Shown here: piece by piece, positions 36,201 to 49,100 of the stretch | How the letters are laid out: each line of letters begins with the position of its first letter | How positions within the stretch are numbered: position 1 is the stretch's first letter | Assembly (NCBI GenBank): GCA_964247055.1 | Contig: OZ176050.1 | Coordinates: 10,974,001 to 11,038,000 of the forward strand | DNA: 64,000 nt | Reading direction: 5' to 3' | Source of the DNA: Paragordius varius | Lineage: Eukaryota > Animalia > Nematomorpha | Position numbers and translations under genes: made by a program | Notes under the pieces: generated by a model | Seen by the model: only the letters and a program-made list of their open reading frames with translations | Told to the model about the DNA's origin: nothing | Databases searched by the model: none

Positions 36201-36925
36201 AATACAGAGCACTCGCACTGCAAATTAAAAAATACGATGTAAAAGATTTATATAAGCGCTATCTTAAGACAATTCAGGTAGAGGAATTCCCATAATTTCT
36301 GATCATCTATATTATAATTTTATTTTGTATTAATAAACTGCTAACAAAAACTACCAACATAAAGTTTTTTATACTGTAAAAAAAATATTTTATACCGAAA
36401 CAACATTTGTTTAAAGATGCGATTGGCTGTACAAACTCTAATATTTCGGTCATCCATATTCATTCGTAATAGCTCTAATCTTGCAGATACCTGTTTAGTT
36501 AAGTGATCCAAATCAGCGGCAACACCACATCCTGCAGCACTAAGCAATATATCATTTTGATAAATTTTTGTTAAAAATAAAATAAATATTAACAATTATA
36601 AAGACAATACAAGACTGTTTTAAAAGGAGGTTAATAAAATCATACTAAATATTTGGGTTTAGATAGTGTAGCTTTTGACATTCTTTATCAGCCACTATAT
36701 CACCTTCGGTTGCTCTGGTATCAGATGCCAAAATAACACAATCCTGAAATGTAACTATATAAAACCTTAAATATCGCTCCAGCAATAGTGGTTCCTGTTT
36801 TTATGTATTTGGATTTTGCCACATTATTTTTTTCAATAAAGAGATTTCTAAAATAAAAGATTATTGTACCTTTTTTGGTCAGAAATATCAAAACCCTTTC
36901 CATAAGATTTTTCTAAGGCTAACAT
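33276..36925 (-). CDS. PSMB7: Proteasome 20S subunit beta-2 (trypsin-like, PSMB7/PSMB10 family), 271 aa, 8 exons
   Basis: Exons: 36870-36925, 36766-36847, 36646-36743, 36396-36539, 35943-36058, 35616-35674, 34543-34694, 33276-33384 (816 nt including TAA). Translation contains [17 protein letters not shown]|[80 protein letters not shown] and KGTTAIL. Thr1, Asp17, Lys33 and Ser129 equivalents and the S1-pocket Cys31 and Asp53 are present. Confidence 0.96.
33911..34470 (-). mobile_element. Non-autonomous Helitron, copy C, in the last PSMB7 intron; 3' hairpin lost
   Basis: Minus strand reads A|TCTATATATTTGTAAAAATGG...CACGAGATTTACGCTAG|T. Homologous to copies B and D, but the hairpin is replaced by a G17 run (33927-33943, plus strand). 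Confidence 0.85.
36744..36765 (-). other. 22-nt GT-AG intron (PSMB7 intron 2)
   Basis: GTTTTATATAGTTACATTTCAG. Removal gives GAIFK|[12 protein letters not shown], colinear with beta-2 subunits; retention frameshifts to TGA at 36721-36723. Confidence 0.85.
36848..36869 (-). other. 22-nt GT-AG intron (PSMB7 intron 1)
   Basis: GTACAATAATCTTTTATTTTAG. Removal gives GFDISDQKR|NLFIE, matching the conserved GF...RN propeptide motif. Confidence 0.75.
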
Positions 36926-36948
36926 GTTACAATCGTGAAAAAGTGAAA

Positions 36949-36954
36949 AACTGA
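36949..36954 (-). promoter_or_regulatory. Possible initiator (TCAGTT) of PSMB7
   Basis: TCAGTT (TCAGTY-type Inr) about 25 nt upstream of the PSMB7 ATG, followed by a pyrimidine-rich leader. Motif match only. Confidence 0.3.
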
Positions 36955-39949
36955 TATAAATGAGCAGTGAAGATTAACCCGATAAGAAATATTTTTAACA
37001 GTACCTATGCCACAGGAAAACTAAATTATATTTTTAATAATCTTTAAATCATATATTCTTATAAATTTTATTTGGGTTATCGTCTGCTCGGTTAAATCAT
37101 AATTGTTTTTTGTCGTTAACGTTTCATTTAATTAAAACTATTGTCGCATATCAACAACTCATTTTTTTTCAAACCTCTGTTCCAAAAATTAAACAATAAT
37201 ATCCTTTTCAAAGCTCAGGTTATGTACGGTATTTTTTTTAATTCCTTTTTTTTAATAAGCAAATTTAATAACACTAACTTACAGAAAAAATTAAATCCAA
37301 TAATATTTTATATACATACATATATACACAAACATTTGCAATCATAAATATTTTATTAAAAAAGTTTTAAAAGGTTTTTTTCCAAATACTTATATAGCTC
37401 ACGGCACTCTGACAATTGGTTCACCAATTGTACGAAGGGGTGTACCCCGTGCTATTGTCATTGTCAAGAAATATTTTTAGCAGGTACAAAATATTATTCG
37501 CTTTTGATATATATAATTAGCTTTAAACTTAAAATTATTTTTTCTTTCTTGATACAATACTTTTATTTATTTTTTGATGTTAAAACACTTATGCAATATT
37601 AGATATTTTTGGTGCACGGCCCTTGAGTCAAGAAAATATTTTAATCGCCAAAAATTTAAACGGACGCGATAAAACTTTTCACATTTGCGATTTATACTTA
37701 AAAAAATAATTATTCAGGGCCATAAAAGCACTTTGAGGGCCGAATGCGACTCGTGGGCCGCGCTTTGTGTACCACAGCATTATATGGTTAGATACCCATA
37801 TACTTTTTGTTGGCATATTTCAAAAATCATATATCACTAATGTTCACGAATATTTTGACGAAAAACGTTATATTTATGAACAACATATTATGGAAGCCTT
37901 ACGACTTTATATCAAAAATATTTCTTTTTAACCACCTATAGCTTGATAAGAATTACTATGACTATGCAATGTTAAGCTAATATTAAAACTCTCCATCATA
38001 TTTTACTTGCTTATCTTTAATTTGGACTGACATATTGGGTTATTAGGCAAGAATTTTTGACTTAAACACTTTGATTAAAAATGGGGTATTTAAAGACCCC
38101 CTACCATATATAAATTGATATTAAAAAACTACTAAAGGAAGCGGGTTCATTTAAATTTATGCTTCTATCCTAATAAAAATTAAATAAGCCAAAATATTTG
38201 AATTAACTAAATTCTCCATATTTAACTGCTTGGACGGCATTTTTATCAACATTTTGTGAAAATATAGTTTTTTTATTTTAACGTGAAAATCAAAGATTTT
38301 TCATTAAAATTAACCTAACATTAATATAAGCAGAAAAAATGTTTTAAACTGCATTATTTTTATATTTAAATGCACATATGTCATGCCGGCTAAATATTTA
38401 CCTTTGGGTTTATCATAATAAATAACATTAAGTATTTTACATTTCTTTTACTTTGGATAGTTTTAGCGCTTATTTTTATAAAAATATAGTTTGAAAGTTA
38501 TTTTAGCTAAACTTTAATTATCAAACATTTCATGTATTAAATCTTATTTTTTAACAAAGTTCTGACTTTAAATTGGGACACCAAAACACGATTAAAAAGA
38601 CCATCTCGTATTTAAGTCCAAATATATTAAATTTTGCTGGTAAAATGTGGCCTGAAAGCTTTTATAGTTAATAATTTACATATTACAACCATAATTTACA
38701 TTTATTTGCCTGTTGCATTGGCGATATAAAAATGAATAAAAAAATGGCGGCAAAAAAGTTTGTTGAGAATTTTTTTACATTTTACAAAATCTTTGTATAA
38801 AGCGCCTAAAAGTCTGAAAAGAGAATATTTTTTGGCTTAATACCTTAAATACTATATGCAAATATCAACTTCCTCTAGGAAATAAAACTACCCAAAAAAG
38901 TAATGATGTATTATTATATTTTGGTGATATTTTTTGGAATGAAGCATCTAGCGTTTACCAATCTTTTATTAGGCAAAATGTATGCGAATTTGCCATTTTT
39001 CAATATGAAGGAATTACCACAAAAGGGGAATAATTTTATTAAATAACTCGCAACCAATAAGCACCATGAGAATTCTTATATATTTATCTATCAGAATATA
39101 TATATTTAATTAGGATATTTTTTGCAGACATACTGTTTTTATAATATAATAATTATAGTTTTCGATAAAATATTTAAAGTCGACCTCAAAAATTGGATTA
39201 AGATTATTTGTCACTTAATATTTCTGAGGTTATTGAAAAAAATTATATTTATAAGAACACCTTATAAGGTATTTTCCGATTGTTAATTTTGTTGTAAAAA
39301 ACACTTGTACCCAAAATATATTATTATGCAATCAATGATAATTTTGGTTTTGAATCAGAGTGACATAAAAAATTATATCCCCTTTATAACCTCACTTTTA
39401 ATCCAACTATTATGCAAATTATGTCAAAATTATTTAGAAAGCTAGTATGCAAGCTACGGCGTTCAAACATTTTTAATGCCATTAATGTCTGGTTTTCCTT
39501 TACGCAAAATAGAGGGGATTGTACAATAAGAATTTTTGATATATACTAAATTATGTCAAAAGACTTTAAATTATTATATAAAATTTTGTTAACGAAAAGC
39601 GTTTTTTAAAACAATTTATATTATTATTCAATCCACAAAATTATCCCGTGATGTATATTTTATTGAAAGGTAGTTTGGTTACGAGGCACTCCAAAATAAC
39701 CTTTTTGGAGGAGTTTCATGTAAAATATTTTTTAAGGGTAAATTTTTTTATTAACAATCGTTTTAGGGTTATAACTTTCCTAACTAATGAATTAAACAAA
39801 ATTTTGCTGAGGATTAAACTATCGCTAAATATTATTAATTGCTGCGATAAAAAATTTTAATTTAGTCAAATCATAGAAAAACTTAAAATTTAAGTTGGGT
39901 TGACAAAAAAATTTGTAATTTTTATTTAAAATTTGCTTGGGAAAATACA

Positions 39950-40134
39950 GTTTAGATTTTTTTTCCTTTTTTATTAAAGGGTATGGACTTAAATTGTATC
40001 CAGACTTGTGAAGGTTTTAGCACTCTCCTGCCCAGGGCTGACAGTGATGATGGAAAAATTGCGTAGTTTCGGGGTTCGAACTCTGGCATTTAATGTAAGG
40101 GTCCGGCGCCCTACCTACTATACCATCACGCCTA
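39950..40134 (-). mobile_element. tRNA-derived SINE, second copy
   Basis: Reverse complement reads AGGCGTGATGGTATAGTAGG...CCAGAGTTCGAACCCCGAAACTACGCAATTTTTCCATCATCACTGTCAG, homologous to 21943-22120. Confidence 0.8.
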
Positions 40135-40490
40135 CCAATTATCAATTTTATTTGCCATCCAAAAAGACAATAAGAGATAAGTCCAAACTTATTAATAGGT
40201 TTTGGTCAAAAATAACTTATTTAAACATTATTTTGCATTTTTTAATATATATTATACAATAAATTAAGTAATTAATTAATTAATTGTAAGAATTATATTT
40301 TAATTATTGTTACATTCAAGAATTTTTATTATTATCCATTGTTTTTGCTTTTTGACCTATCATTATATGACTCAATATCAATAGAATATTAAACACTTTG
40401 ATAGTCATAATAATAGCAAATAACAAAAATTTGAAAAATATAACAATATTAAATACATTTAACTTGAAAACTTATGCCAATCATTTATAT

Positions 40491-40570
40491 CGCGAACCCG
40501 ACCCCCGACGCAATTAGACGGCTGTCACTGAACCACCAATGACTGGTGTATGTAAGGGCAGCAAGGGACG
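40491..40570 (-). pseudogene. GC-rich island resembling a degenerate 18S rRNA 3'-region fragment
   Basis: 47/80 GC. Plus strand GGCTGTCACTGAACCACCAAT...GGTGTATGTAAGGGCAGCAAGGGACGT resembles the antisense of conserved 18S (GGCCTCACTAAACCAT..AAT...GGTGTGTACAAAGGGCAGGGAC), compared from memory, with gaps. Confidence 0.3.
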
Positions 40571-41204
40571 TTTTTTGTGGAGAGTGGCGACGTGGGTGTG
40601 CTACACCCTTTTTTCGATGCACCTTGATAAACATATGTTTAGAATTTCTGGCTGGTTTTTGTAAAATTGATTATAGTTACGATTATAAATGCACAATACA
40701 TGCATTACAGTCAAGCCCAATCCTCGCATTATCCGTAGATTATTATACAAATGGTTTAAAATAAAATTCTGAGGGTTTGGTACGATAAGCATATTGAAAG
40801 GATAGTTCATTCTATTTTTGTGTTAAATTACCGAAAATAGAAGATTTTGATGAAAAATGAAAACAATAGATTATTAGAACTAATGGATCAGGTTATAAGG
40901 AAATAAAAACCTATGTTTACATATAACAGAAATAATGGAAAAAAGTTTAGGCATATTCACCAAAATTGGTATGTAGCCAAAGTTATGGCAATAAGATATA
41001 AGCGCAAAAATTTTTGAATCATATAATCCTGAAATAGCTCCCAATTAAGTAATTAATAAAATTAATTAATTTTTATTTGTGTATGAATGCATAGAATACA
41101 TATATTACTATTATTATTATATACATTTCGTCATTATTTATTTCTCCCATATTTTATTAAATGCAGTTTTTCGCGCGCGTTATCCAAACAATCTATTTTT
41201 GTGT

Positions 41205-43792
41205 TTATTTGATTAAGAGATTAGATCTACAATGCGGTAATGGTAATCCATCAGGTCCAATTTCACATGGTGCATCCAGACCAGGGTCTCCCTACATCCC
41301 CATTATAAAATTTTACTTTGTAAAAGAAACAAGTAAATTAAACAATGCTTAGAATACTACTGTACCCATTTTATTGTTGGCCAATCGGCAAAACAGTAGC
41401 CTATAGTATAAAGCATATATTCCATAAACAAATATTCAAATTTAATGTTTTGAGATAATAAAAAGTGGTTTAATTTCACCCATTTGTTGTTATTTAATCA
41501 CACGTTACTGTATTGTCAATTGGTGAAAAATAATGTCTAATGGGCGACAATAAAATGGGTACTGTATATTACAGTAACCCCTGCCCCCCTCCTTCATCAT
41601 GGTTTTATTGAAAAACAGCTTCCCACCAAAATGTTAGTTCGTTTGGTAATAAACCAAAAATAATGATAAAAATTAAAATTTAATTTTATATTTTAAGTGT
41701 ATTTTTGAAAAAAACTGTTTAGTTTTTTTGATTTTTCTCATAAGCCATATATTTTCCACAATCGGGCTCATTATAAGGGGGGGTGTGCGCAGTTCACTGT
41801 ATTTAATGTATTTAAAAATTTACTTGATCTCCTTTAGGACCTATTTTCCCGCGTTTTCCTCGATCACCCTTTATATTAAAATTTATGTTATAGCAACAAA
41901 TAAGAGCGCTAAATTGCAAAAGAAATTCATAATAATATTAATTCCTTACTTTTTCTCCTTTGGGCCCAATTGGTCCAGGTGCGCCCTAAAATAAGTAAAA
42001 AATAATTATTTCCAGTTTTACAATAAATTAAAAATTTTATTAATGAGAAAAAATGGGTACTTGTGGGCCTTGTGGTCCTGGTTGTCCCTTTAATATAAAA
42101 TAAATAAAATCTTATATGGTAGTATGATTTGCCACATTAGCAACACAAGTTATAAAATAGCTCAATATCAACGCACTTTGGAATATTGTAAAAAGACAAA
42201 ATAAAACATAAAAATGCTTACTATTCGGCATTGTCATTTATATGTTTTGACAAAAAAAAATAAATTAGATTAGAATAAAATGTAAATATTTATATGTTAG
42301 AAAGATATGCAGAAAATATTTTTTACTTTAAGTGGGATACGTGATTCTTTGGACATAATCGATCTGCCGGGTAAGCCTGGTAAACCCTTTAAAAATATAA
42401 ATTTACCATATATAATATAATTTAGTATGACATCATGCACTTTCAATACAAAATATATAAAATTTTTAAATTATTTTATTTAACCTTGTTTATATTAAGT
42501 TTTTATAAATAGTGTTGATATCATGCAAATTAAATTTAATCGTATCAGATTTTTGGAATGAAAAAACTTTTTAATCAATTATATATTTATGGATAAAATA
42601 CGATATATAATTTGTTAGTTTTGTTAGTAGACGAAAACAATGGTATAGTAGATAGTGTGGAAGTAAAAGAATTAATAATATGTACGGGATAACCAAGCTC
42701 TCCACGTTCACCTTTGGGTCCTCTGTCACCCTAAAAAATATTATTAATTAGATTTTAAATTTTTAAAATTTAAAATAGTTGAAAAGGTTCAATTTATAAA
42801 ATTATCGAATTACTTTTGGGCCGGGTGGGCCTCTGAGTCCCGGTAGCCCAAGATTTCCAGGATTACCTGGGGTTCCCTAATAAACATAAAAATTGCGACA
42901 TTAATTTTTAAAAATAATAATATAATTGATATATTGGTATAACTTTAAAATGTATGTATGCTCTTACATTATAAAATCCCACAATCAACCAGAGAAAATA
43001 AGTGATTAATTTAAAAGAAAAGGGTTTTTGGCTAATCAACAAAATATGGTTTTGGTTAGAAAAATACCACTAATATTTATGCGAAAAATATTGGAAACCA
43101 ATTAACTGAGAAGTTAAATAATTAATTTTGCTTTTCAGTTTAAACATTTATTTACTATTGCTTGACAGCTCTAGCGGATTTTTAATGTATTATTTTAAAA
43201 TTTTCAAAAAAAATATTTAAGGGTCAAAAAGCAAATTAAAGCCGATACTATATTATGATTTATTGTTTACATTCACAGTTGATATATAGGCGGATAATTT
43301 TTAAACAAAAATTAACTTACAGGTAATCCCAAGTCACCCTTTTCTCCCTTCTCTCCTGGCATTCCAGACTTTCCCATCGGGCCCTAAATACGCATACATG
43401 GATGTAAATAATATAAATTAAAAAATTTGCACGCTTTAATAATGTATTTTGATCTTAAGTTACTTTCGCTTGCAGAAATCTAAATACACATGATATGATA
43501 AACATCTCTTAGACGATATAATTAAAGAAATGAAATGATAATTAAATTCCAAGTCGCGAATAAAAAATTTTAAAACCATTAAATTATCTAATTTAGGAGA
43601 TAGATTAATATATACAATTCACCTACTAAATTTATTGTAAGATATTATAAAATATTTATATAAAAAAATTAAAAACAATACCATTGGACCAGTAGCTCCA
43701 GGTATTCCTGGTGGGCCAGGTAAACCAGGTGGCTAAATAATAGTATTATAAATAAATTTTGTTTCTGAAATAAAGCAGTTTAATAATATTAA

Positions 43793-43849
<57 letters not shown>

Positions 43850-45284
43850 AATAAACTTACACCAATAATCCTTTGTGCGAATTCGAATCTTCGTTGTATT
43901 AAATCGCGCTAAAAAATGTATATAAGGTAAATGATTAATCCATACTTTAAGATTATTATATTAATAAAACGGAATTTTTGGATAATTTTAGTAGCAATTA
44001 CTGATGTTTTAGGAGATCGTTGTTCAATAACTTGACCAGAATCGCCTTTCGGACCTGGAAATCCTATGGGTCCTTGATCGCCTTTGTCACCCTAAAATTA
44101 ATATTTGCATGAAAAAAAGGCGTAAAAAGGATTACCAAACAAAAATTTATATACCTTTTCTCCAGGAAATCCTGGCATCCCAATCATGCCAACTGGACCC
44201 GCTGGTCCCTAAATAGTGATTATAAAATTAAAAATAAGGCTAAGCCTAATAAAAAATATTTTAAAATGTAATACTTGGATCAATGAGTATCTATGAAATG
44301 AATTTAATACATGTAAAAACGATTCTTTTAGTATAATTATTAAAAAAATAAAAAAACTTACCGAAGCGCCTGTCTAAATAAAACTTAAAAAATGGAAAAG
44401 GATGATAAAGTGTTGTAACCCAAATGTGCGTTGATATTGAATACACATAAAGCAACTTACTCAAAGCAAAATATATATGGGTAATATATAAAATGTCGAA
44501 CCATTCGTCCGCGTTCTCCTTTGCTTCCGGGCATCCCAGGGATACCAAAATCACCCCTTTCTCCTTTACTACCATCATTCCCCTATAACAAAATACATTG
44601 GCGTTTAAATTTATAGTTTTCAATGAAAACATGCATTTTTTGTGTGATTTTTCAAATTAAAATCATAGAATATTGGATTTTGTAAATTGTTTGATCGTGT
44701 TAAAAGAATTAAAATTTTTTAATGCTTCAATATCCACGTATAATGTGAAAAAATAAAAAAAATCATAAAAAGAAAAATGTAACACAAATATTCCACAGAA
44801 AATAATCATTCCTTTTTATGATACAAATATTATATATTCCAAATAAATTATTTTATTTTTATTACCCTTTCACCCTTATTGCCTGGGGGTCCGATAGGGC
44901 CTGGTTCACCGGGGGGCCCAGGTAAAAATTTAATCCCGCGAGAAACCATATTAATTTTGTCACTTATAGTGGAATCTTCCTTCTATAACATAAAAAAGGC
45001 AAATTAATTACAAATTTAAAAGTTGGTAGATATAATTAATTTATGTACAATATCAAAACTAAAATTTACCAATAAAGTTTTTAGAATTTCCATGAGCTCC
45101 TCATTTGCTACGGAATCGCCCTTTGCACCCTGAGATTATATTATGAATAGAATTAAAACCGCTTTTATTATACATGTGTTTGACTAAAATAGCGAATATA
45201 AATATGTTCATATTCAACTTTTAATACAGAACTTATTTGATAATAACATAAATATTATGAATAAGTTATTCGAAAAAAATCTAT

Positions 45285-45319
<35 letters not shown>

Positions 45320-46116
45320 TATATCTTTGGCATTTCATATTTTTGTTAACCAAAAATAATTATGGGACCATAGTTATTTTTATGATAATATTTAACATAT
45401 TCATAAGATGATAAATAGGGTTTCAGAATTATGTAAATTTTTAGCGTTTTCTATTAAATTTCAAGACCGCTCATCTAGTACTAAGATATAAACTCCTTTA
45501 AATATTATTTTTTGTGAAAAAATTGAAATAACAAATTCTGATTGACCGAAAATTTAATTCACCCTTCCGATCGTCGTTAATATTAAAATAAATATACCTT
45601 TTCTCCACGATCTCCTTTAGCACCGGATGGACCCTAAAAAAAATCATTAAAAATGACTTGATCATAATTAACGTTTTAAAATAGTATTTTATGTGGTTAT
45701 CCAATTTTTGTAAACATAATTATTAAGTAATTTTTAAGTGAAAATCATAAAAAGATGCTAAATTAAAAATCTCATGGACAAGCAGAATTTGGAATCTATG
45801 ATAACCTTGCAATATTATTTATTAATTTTATAAAATATGCTGTTTTTTCTTTATAACAAAAATTTAAACACTCAAAACTTGAAAAACCCCAGTATGGAAA
45901 ATTAAAAGATATATGATTTTATATAATACCGGAAATCCCATTCTCCCATCGAAACCTGGTAAACCGACAGGGCCTGGCAAGCCTGGTAAACCAGGTAGAC
46001 CGGGATCTCCTCTTTCGCCCTATTAGAATTAAAACAAAATATTAATTTTTTTTATATGTAAAAATATATAAAACTATCTAAAACTTTCATTTTTATTATC
46101 GCTATAGCTAAATAAA

Positions 46117-46168
<52 letters not shown>

Positions 46169-49100
46169 GATAAATAAAATTAGTTACCTTACAATCCACC
46201 ATCTTAACGTATTCATCGTAAGATGGTGGTTGTGTTTTTGGTCTCTATTTAAAAATTATTAAATTAAACATTAAATAAAATTTTTTAAAGAAAATAATGA
46301 AAACAAATTTAAGAATTTCGTAAATATTAATAAATACTTTCAAGAAAAATATTTCAGAGTTATCTATCGAGTTGAGTGAAAGAGATCGTTTGAGATGAGC
46401 CTATAAACAAATAAAATTAGTGTTTAAATTAAAATTCTTAACCTATCAAATTTTGATTTGATTATATATTTATGAATTCATAAATATTATATAAATATTA
46501 AATAGTAAATTTTGCAACAATATCAATAATTAAATACAAATTTTTTACCAAAGAATTGGTTTGCGACCTAAGACCCAAGTCATCTGGTTTATTCTAAATG
46601 AAAAATTCACAAAAAAATATACATTTATAAATAATAAATTATATTTTAAATATTTTTTTCGAATACAACCGAAAAATTATTTATAATTTAAGGATTTGAT
46701 TTTATTGAAAAAAGCGAAATTTATTGCATAATTTATATATTGTATTTATCTATTCGTACACAGGTGTAATCATTAATTTTTCGCTCTCAAATTATGGATG
46801 TGTATGGTATAGACGTCGTTTAATTTTGCGAATTCAAATAAAAATATAAATTATTTTTCATTAAATGCTAAATCATTAGAAATAATTTGTATGATATAAT
46901 ATTATATAATTACAATTATTATTACTATATTAATTATAATTAGTAAAATTTATGCAGCAGTTTAAATATTTTTATCAGTTTGATTTGATCTTGATTTTTA
47001 TTGAGGAATCACATCTATTTTATTTTATATGTATGATCTATTGATTTAATCAATACAAATTTTCACCTCGATGTCTATTACATTACTCATTTATTAAATA
47101 TTTAATATAGGCATAAGGTCTGAATTTCCTTTTACACAATATATTTACACATAACGGTTCCTGAAAAAAAAGGAATATTATAAAATGTAAATTTCAGCAA
47201 TATGCTACCATAAATCAAGTAGTTCCTTACATATATATTCAGTAAAACATTTACTAATATCTAATTTTTGCGTAATCGATTGATTTAAAAGTACATAAAA
47301 ATTAATAATAAACATCATTAACCTGATTTAAAAGTTCATTTTTTTCTTGATCTTTGGTGTTGCATTTGGGAATAACGCAATCTTTGCCCTATATATATAT
47401 ATATATATAAAATCGACAAAAGTGAAAAATTATTTTTGTTTTCATTGCAAAAAATTGAACTTTTTCGAAAAAAATAATTTTAAAAATATAATTTACAGGG
47501 GTCCCCGGAATTCCTGGTGGACCCATTGGGCCCATAGGACCTGGTGCACCAAACCATGCTGGTCCGTGAAGACCTCTTCGCCGTTTAACAGATCCCATGG
47601 TTTTGTTTAATCTACGCCCTATAAATGACGAAAAAATGCAATTTTTATATTACACAACGGAAATATATTTAGAATTTTTAATCTATGCAAATTTATGCAA
47701 CTCAAAAATATTTAAAAGTTGAATATTTATATGGTTTTGATATGTAACACCTCATATCAAATATTTGGGTCTTAATAAGTGCTATCAAGCACGAAACTAG
47801 TTTGCGATAACTATTTAGGATGGGTTCGCATATCAGTCTTTATATTTTCAATCATCATTTTTATTTTATATTCTATAATTTTTAAAATTCATCTCTCATA
47901 AAAGTTTTACCCCTGGGGTATTTTTGACAAATATTTATTGATTTTTAATGATTAGATTACCAAAAGTCAAACTAGAAGGGTTTATAACAAAATATTTAAA
48001 ATGTCCTTTTTTTCAAAGCGATCAATCGATACTACACAGCATATCAAAAAGGTAATTACTTACAGGCATTTTTACTCTACAAGTGGTTTGACAAAGCGGC
48101 TTGTCAAAAAGTCTGTTACCTAATTTCTCATATTAACAAAAGGTGTAAAACATTAAAAATAATGTAATATCAATTTTTAATCCGATAAATACTTTTTAAA
48201 TACTTTTACATATTTGTTATCTTTTAAGCTATATCTATACGATTTATAATACAAATCTCATTTATAATTGTTAAATTGCTGGCTGGCTATTAGTAATGTT
48301 TTAGGGTTAATTTACTAGATGGTTTACATTAATGAAAATCAAATTTCAATATTAACCATCCAATGGGATTATCATTATGCTATTAAATACACATAATAAA
48401 TAATAAATTATTCTTAGATTTTTTATTTTATTTTTATTCAATTCAATTACATTTAATAACAAAATTCTGGTTTTTGCCCATACACCAGAAGTTTGATAGA
48501 CTAAGAGGAAAACTATGAAAAAAAATATATTGTGGCGAATATTTAAATAAATATATATAGGATTTTTGTAATCTTGACTCAAGTGGTCCACGTTTCACAA
48601 AAACTATCAATGATCGTAAACAATATTTATAATTTATACATATAAATTCTGTATATTTATCACTTTAACATCCGATTATTTATAATGTATTTTAATACTT
48701 GAGGTAACTTATGTCAAGCTAGTATAAATATATAAGTTTAGGTATTATTGTGATTTTGAAATCTACCACATGTTATTATACATTGTATATTAATTATTTT
48801 TTACAGCAGATATTTGACTTTTGCATAGATAGGAAAAAGCATGAAAGTTATTATATAAAAAATGGTTAACAAAATTTTAAAAAAAGTATTTTTTATTTAG
48901 TCCCATCTGTCACATTATCGTTGAACATGAGTTGGTGATATAAAACTTGGGGAAAAAATGTTAAAATTACAGTAAATCATAAGGATTTTCGAATAATCAA
49001 CCATAAATTATTTTAAAAACAACCCAAAGTTTCTAGATCTTATAATTTGGTTAAATGCTTATATAAGTTAGGGACTATCCTAATTACCACGTTACATCTC

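Noticed and set aside
47129-47148. Apparent 20-nt GT-AG intron after the 12-nt collagen microexon
   Set aside because: The downstream frame reaches TAA after 8 codons with no donor, which would truncate the collagen; chance GT..AG spacing in AT-rich DNA.
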